The notes beneath the pieces are model-generated. The model ran no database searches and was not told the origin of the DNA. It worked only from the letters and a program-made list of their open reading frames with translations. From Terriglobia bacterium (GTDB taxonomy: Bacteria > Acidobacteriota > Terriglobia > 20CM-2-55-15), in assembly GCA_965198225.1 (NCBI GenBank), contig CBDAOY010000008.1:1184001-1248000 (forward strand): a DNA stretch of 64,000 nt, in the 5' to 3' direction. The position numbers and the translations under genes were made by a program. How positions within the stretch are numbered: position 1 is the first letter of the stretch; each line of letters opens with the position of its first letter. This document shows positions 62,849 to 64,000 of this stretch, piece by piece.

Positions 62849-64000
62849 CTAAGCCAGAAAAACAGACTCCAGGTCTCGGACGGTACTCTCGAGCGCGAAG
62901 AAGATGACGCGATCGCCGGCTTCGATTATCGCGTTTCCCCGGGGTATGAGTACCTGCCCGTCGGGCCTGGCAATCGCCCCAACGATGGCGCCGCGCGGGA
63001 ACCGCAGCTCGTTCAGCGGCCGCCCCACATACCTGGAACCCTTCGAGGCGAGCAGCTCGATCGCTTCAGCCTCTTCTTCGCCGAACGTGGTGACCGACAG
63101 GACGCGACCTTTCCGAACGAACTGTAGAATTCGGTCGACTGCTTCCAGACGGGGACTGACGGTCGTGTTGATCCCCAGGCGCTGGACCATCGGCAGATAA
63201 CTCATCCGATTGATCAGAGCCACGACCTTCTTGACCCCAAGCCGACGCGCCAGCAGCGAGGCGATGATGTTGTCCTCGTCGTGATTCGTCAGGGCCAGAA
63301 ACGCATCGACTCCCTCGACGTTCTCCTCCAGCAAGGTCGCCTGATCGGTGCCGTCGCCGTGGATGACGATCGCCTTGTCCAGAATCGTCGATATCTTCTT
63401 GCAACGATCATGGTCGTTTTCGAACAGCTTCACCTGAACCCCGTGATCCTCGAGTATCTGGGCGACCTGGATGCCGATCTGTTTTCCTCCGACGACAAAA
63501 ACACGCTCCAGCTCGTTGTGGGTCTCGATCCCCATGAACTCGAGCACCTCTTCCAGGTTGTCGCGCGTCGCCATCCCGTAGATATGGTCGCCCGGCTGCA
63601 AGGTCTCTGCTCCGTGGGGGATGATTACCTGCTGCCCCCTGAAGATCATCGCGATCAAAGAATTCCGCGGTGGACCGGCTTTCTCGAGCTCCCCCAGGGT
63701 CTTGCCGGCCAGCCAGCTGTCGAGCTCGACATTCATCCCGAAGAGTCGGGCCTCACCCCTCGCGAACTCCAGGATGTCGGAAACCCCCGGGTAGTTGACG
63801 ACGCGCATGATCCGGTCGGAGACGTCGCTTTCCGGGTGGATGATCAAATCAATCTCCAAACCCGCCCGCTTCGTCAACCGTCGCCAGTGCTCCACCTCGT
63901 GGGTGCGCATCCTGGCAACCTTGATACTGGCCTTGGATTCGACCTGCGCGATGAGGCAGGCCAGAATATTGACCCCGTCGGAGTCCGTCGCCGCAATGAG
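62849..64000 (-). CDS. trkA: Trk potassium uptake NAD-binding subunit (5' end outside the window)
   Basis: Tandem RCK domains: I.PE, VGG..IG, GDGTD...L.EE, T..DE.NI, IPRG...I..GDRVI. Confidence 0.95.
   Translation of the reverse strand, partial: LIAATDSDGVNILACLIAQVESKASIKVARMRTHEVEHWRRLTKRAGLEIDLIIHPESDVSDRIMRVVNYPGVSDILEFARGEARLFGMNVELDSWLAGKTLGELEKAGPPRNSLIAMIFRGQQVIIPHGAETLQPGDHIYGMATRDNLEEVLEFMGIETHNELERVFVVGGKQIGIQVAQILEDHGVQVKLFENDHDRCKKISTILDKAIVIHGDGTDQATLLEENVEGVDAFLALTNHDEDNIIASLLARRLGVKKVVALINRMSYLPMVQRLGINTTVSPRLEAVDRILQFVRKGRVLSVTTFGEEEAEAIELLASKGSRYVGRPLNELRFPRGAIVGAIARPDGQVLIPRGNAIIEAGDRVIFFALESTVRDLESVFLA

Overview
A GC-rich bacterial chromosomal window, most likely Acidobacteriota: it has two ADOP-type orphan MacB/FtsX permeases plus TonB and cytochrome c proteins of a type I associate with that phylum. 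Most of it encodes amino-acid and cyclic-amide catabolism (HMG-CoA lyase, CoA transferase, PutP, dihydropyrimidinase, split LKR/SDH saccharopine genes, N-carbamoylase, hydantoinase A/B, hutUHI), envelope or secreted proteins, and TrkAH. Mobile DNA includes an IS91/ISCR remnant, an IS903-group IS5 with non-matching flanks joining two truncated genes, an intact IS256 with an 8-bp TSD, two ~270-bp MITE-like families, REP-like palindromes and a heptamer repeat at gene 3' ends. The best candidates for new biology are: (1) a metallophosphoesterase / POTRA-less Omp85 barrel / secreted atypical-kinase trio at 51.7-56.0 kb; (2) a ~177-nt structured intergenic RNA candidate at 56.04-56.22 kb; (3) a DnaA-box plus IHF-site cluster with no dnaA nearby at 42.8-43.0 kb; (4) a CxxCH alpha-barrel / Ig-like / beta-propeller exported module at 43.1-47.1 kb; (5) a class III cyclase-Ser/Thr kinase fusion near a pentapeptide-TIR gene; and (6) an orphan atypical fliD with a sigma-28 promoter. 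Several frameshifts, at least two in homopolymers, suggest long-read consensus errors. No rRNA, tRNA or CRISPR array was seen. All family calls come from motif recognition by eye; no database search was run.
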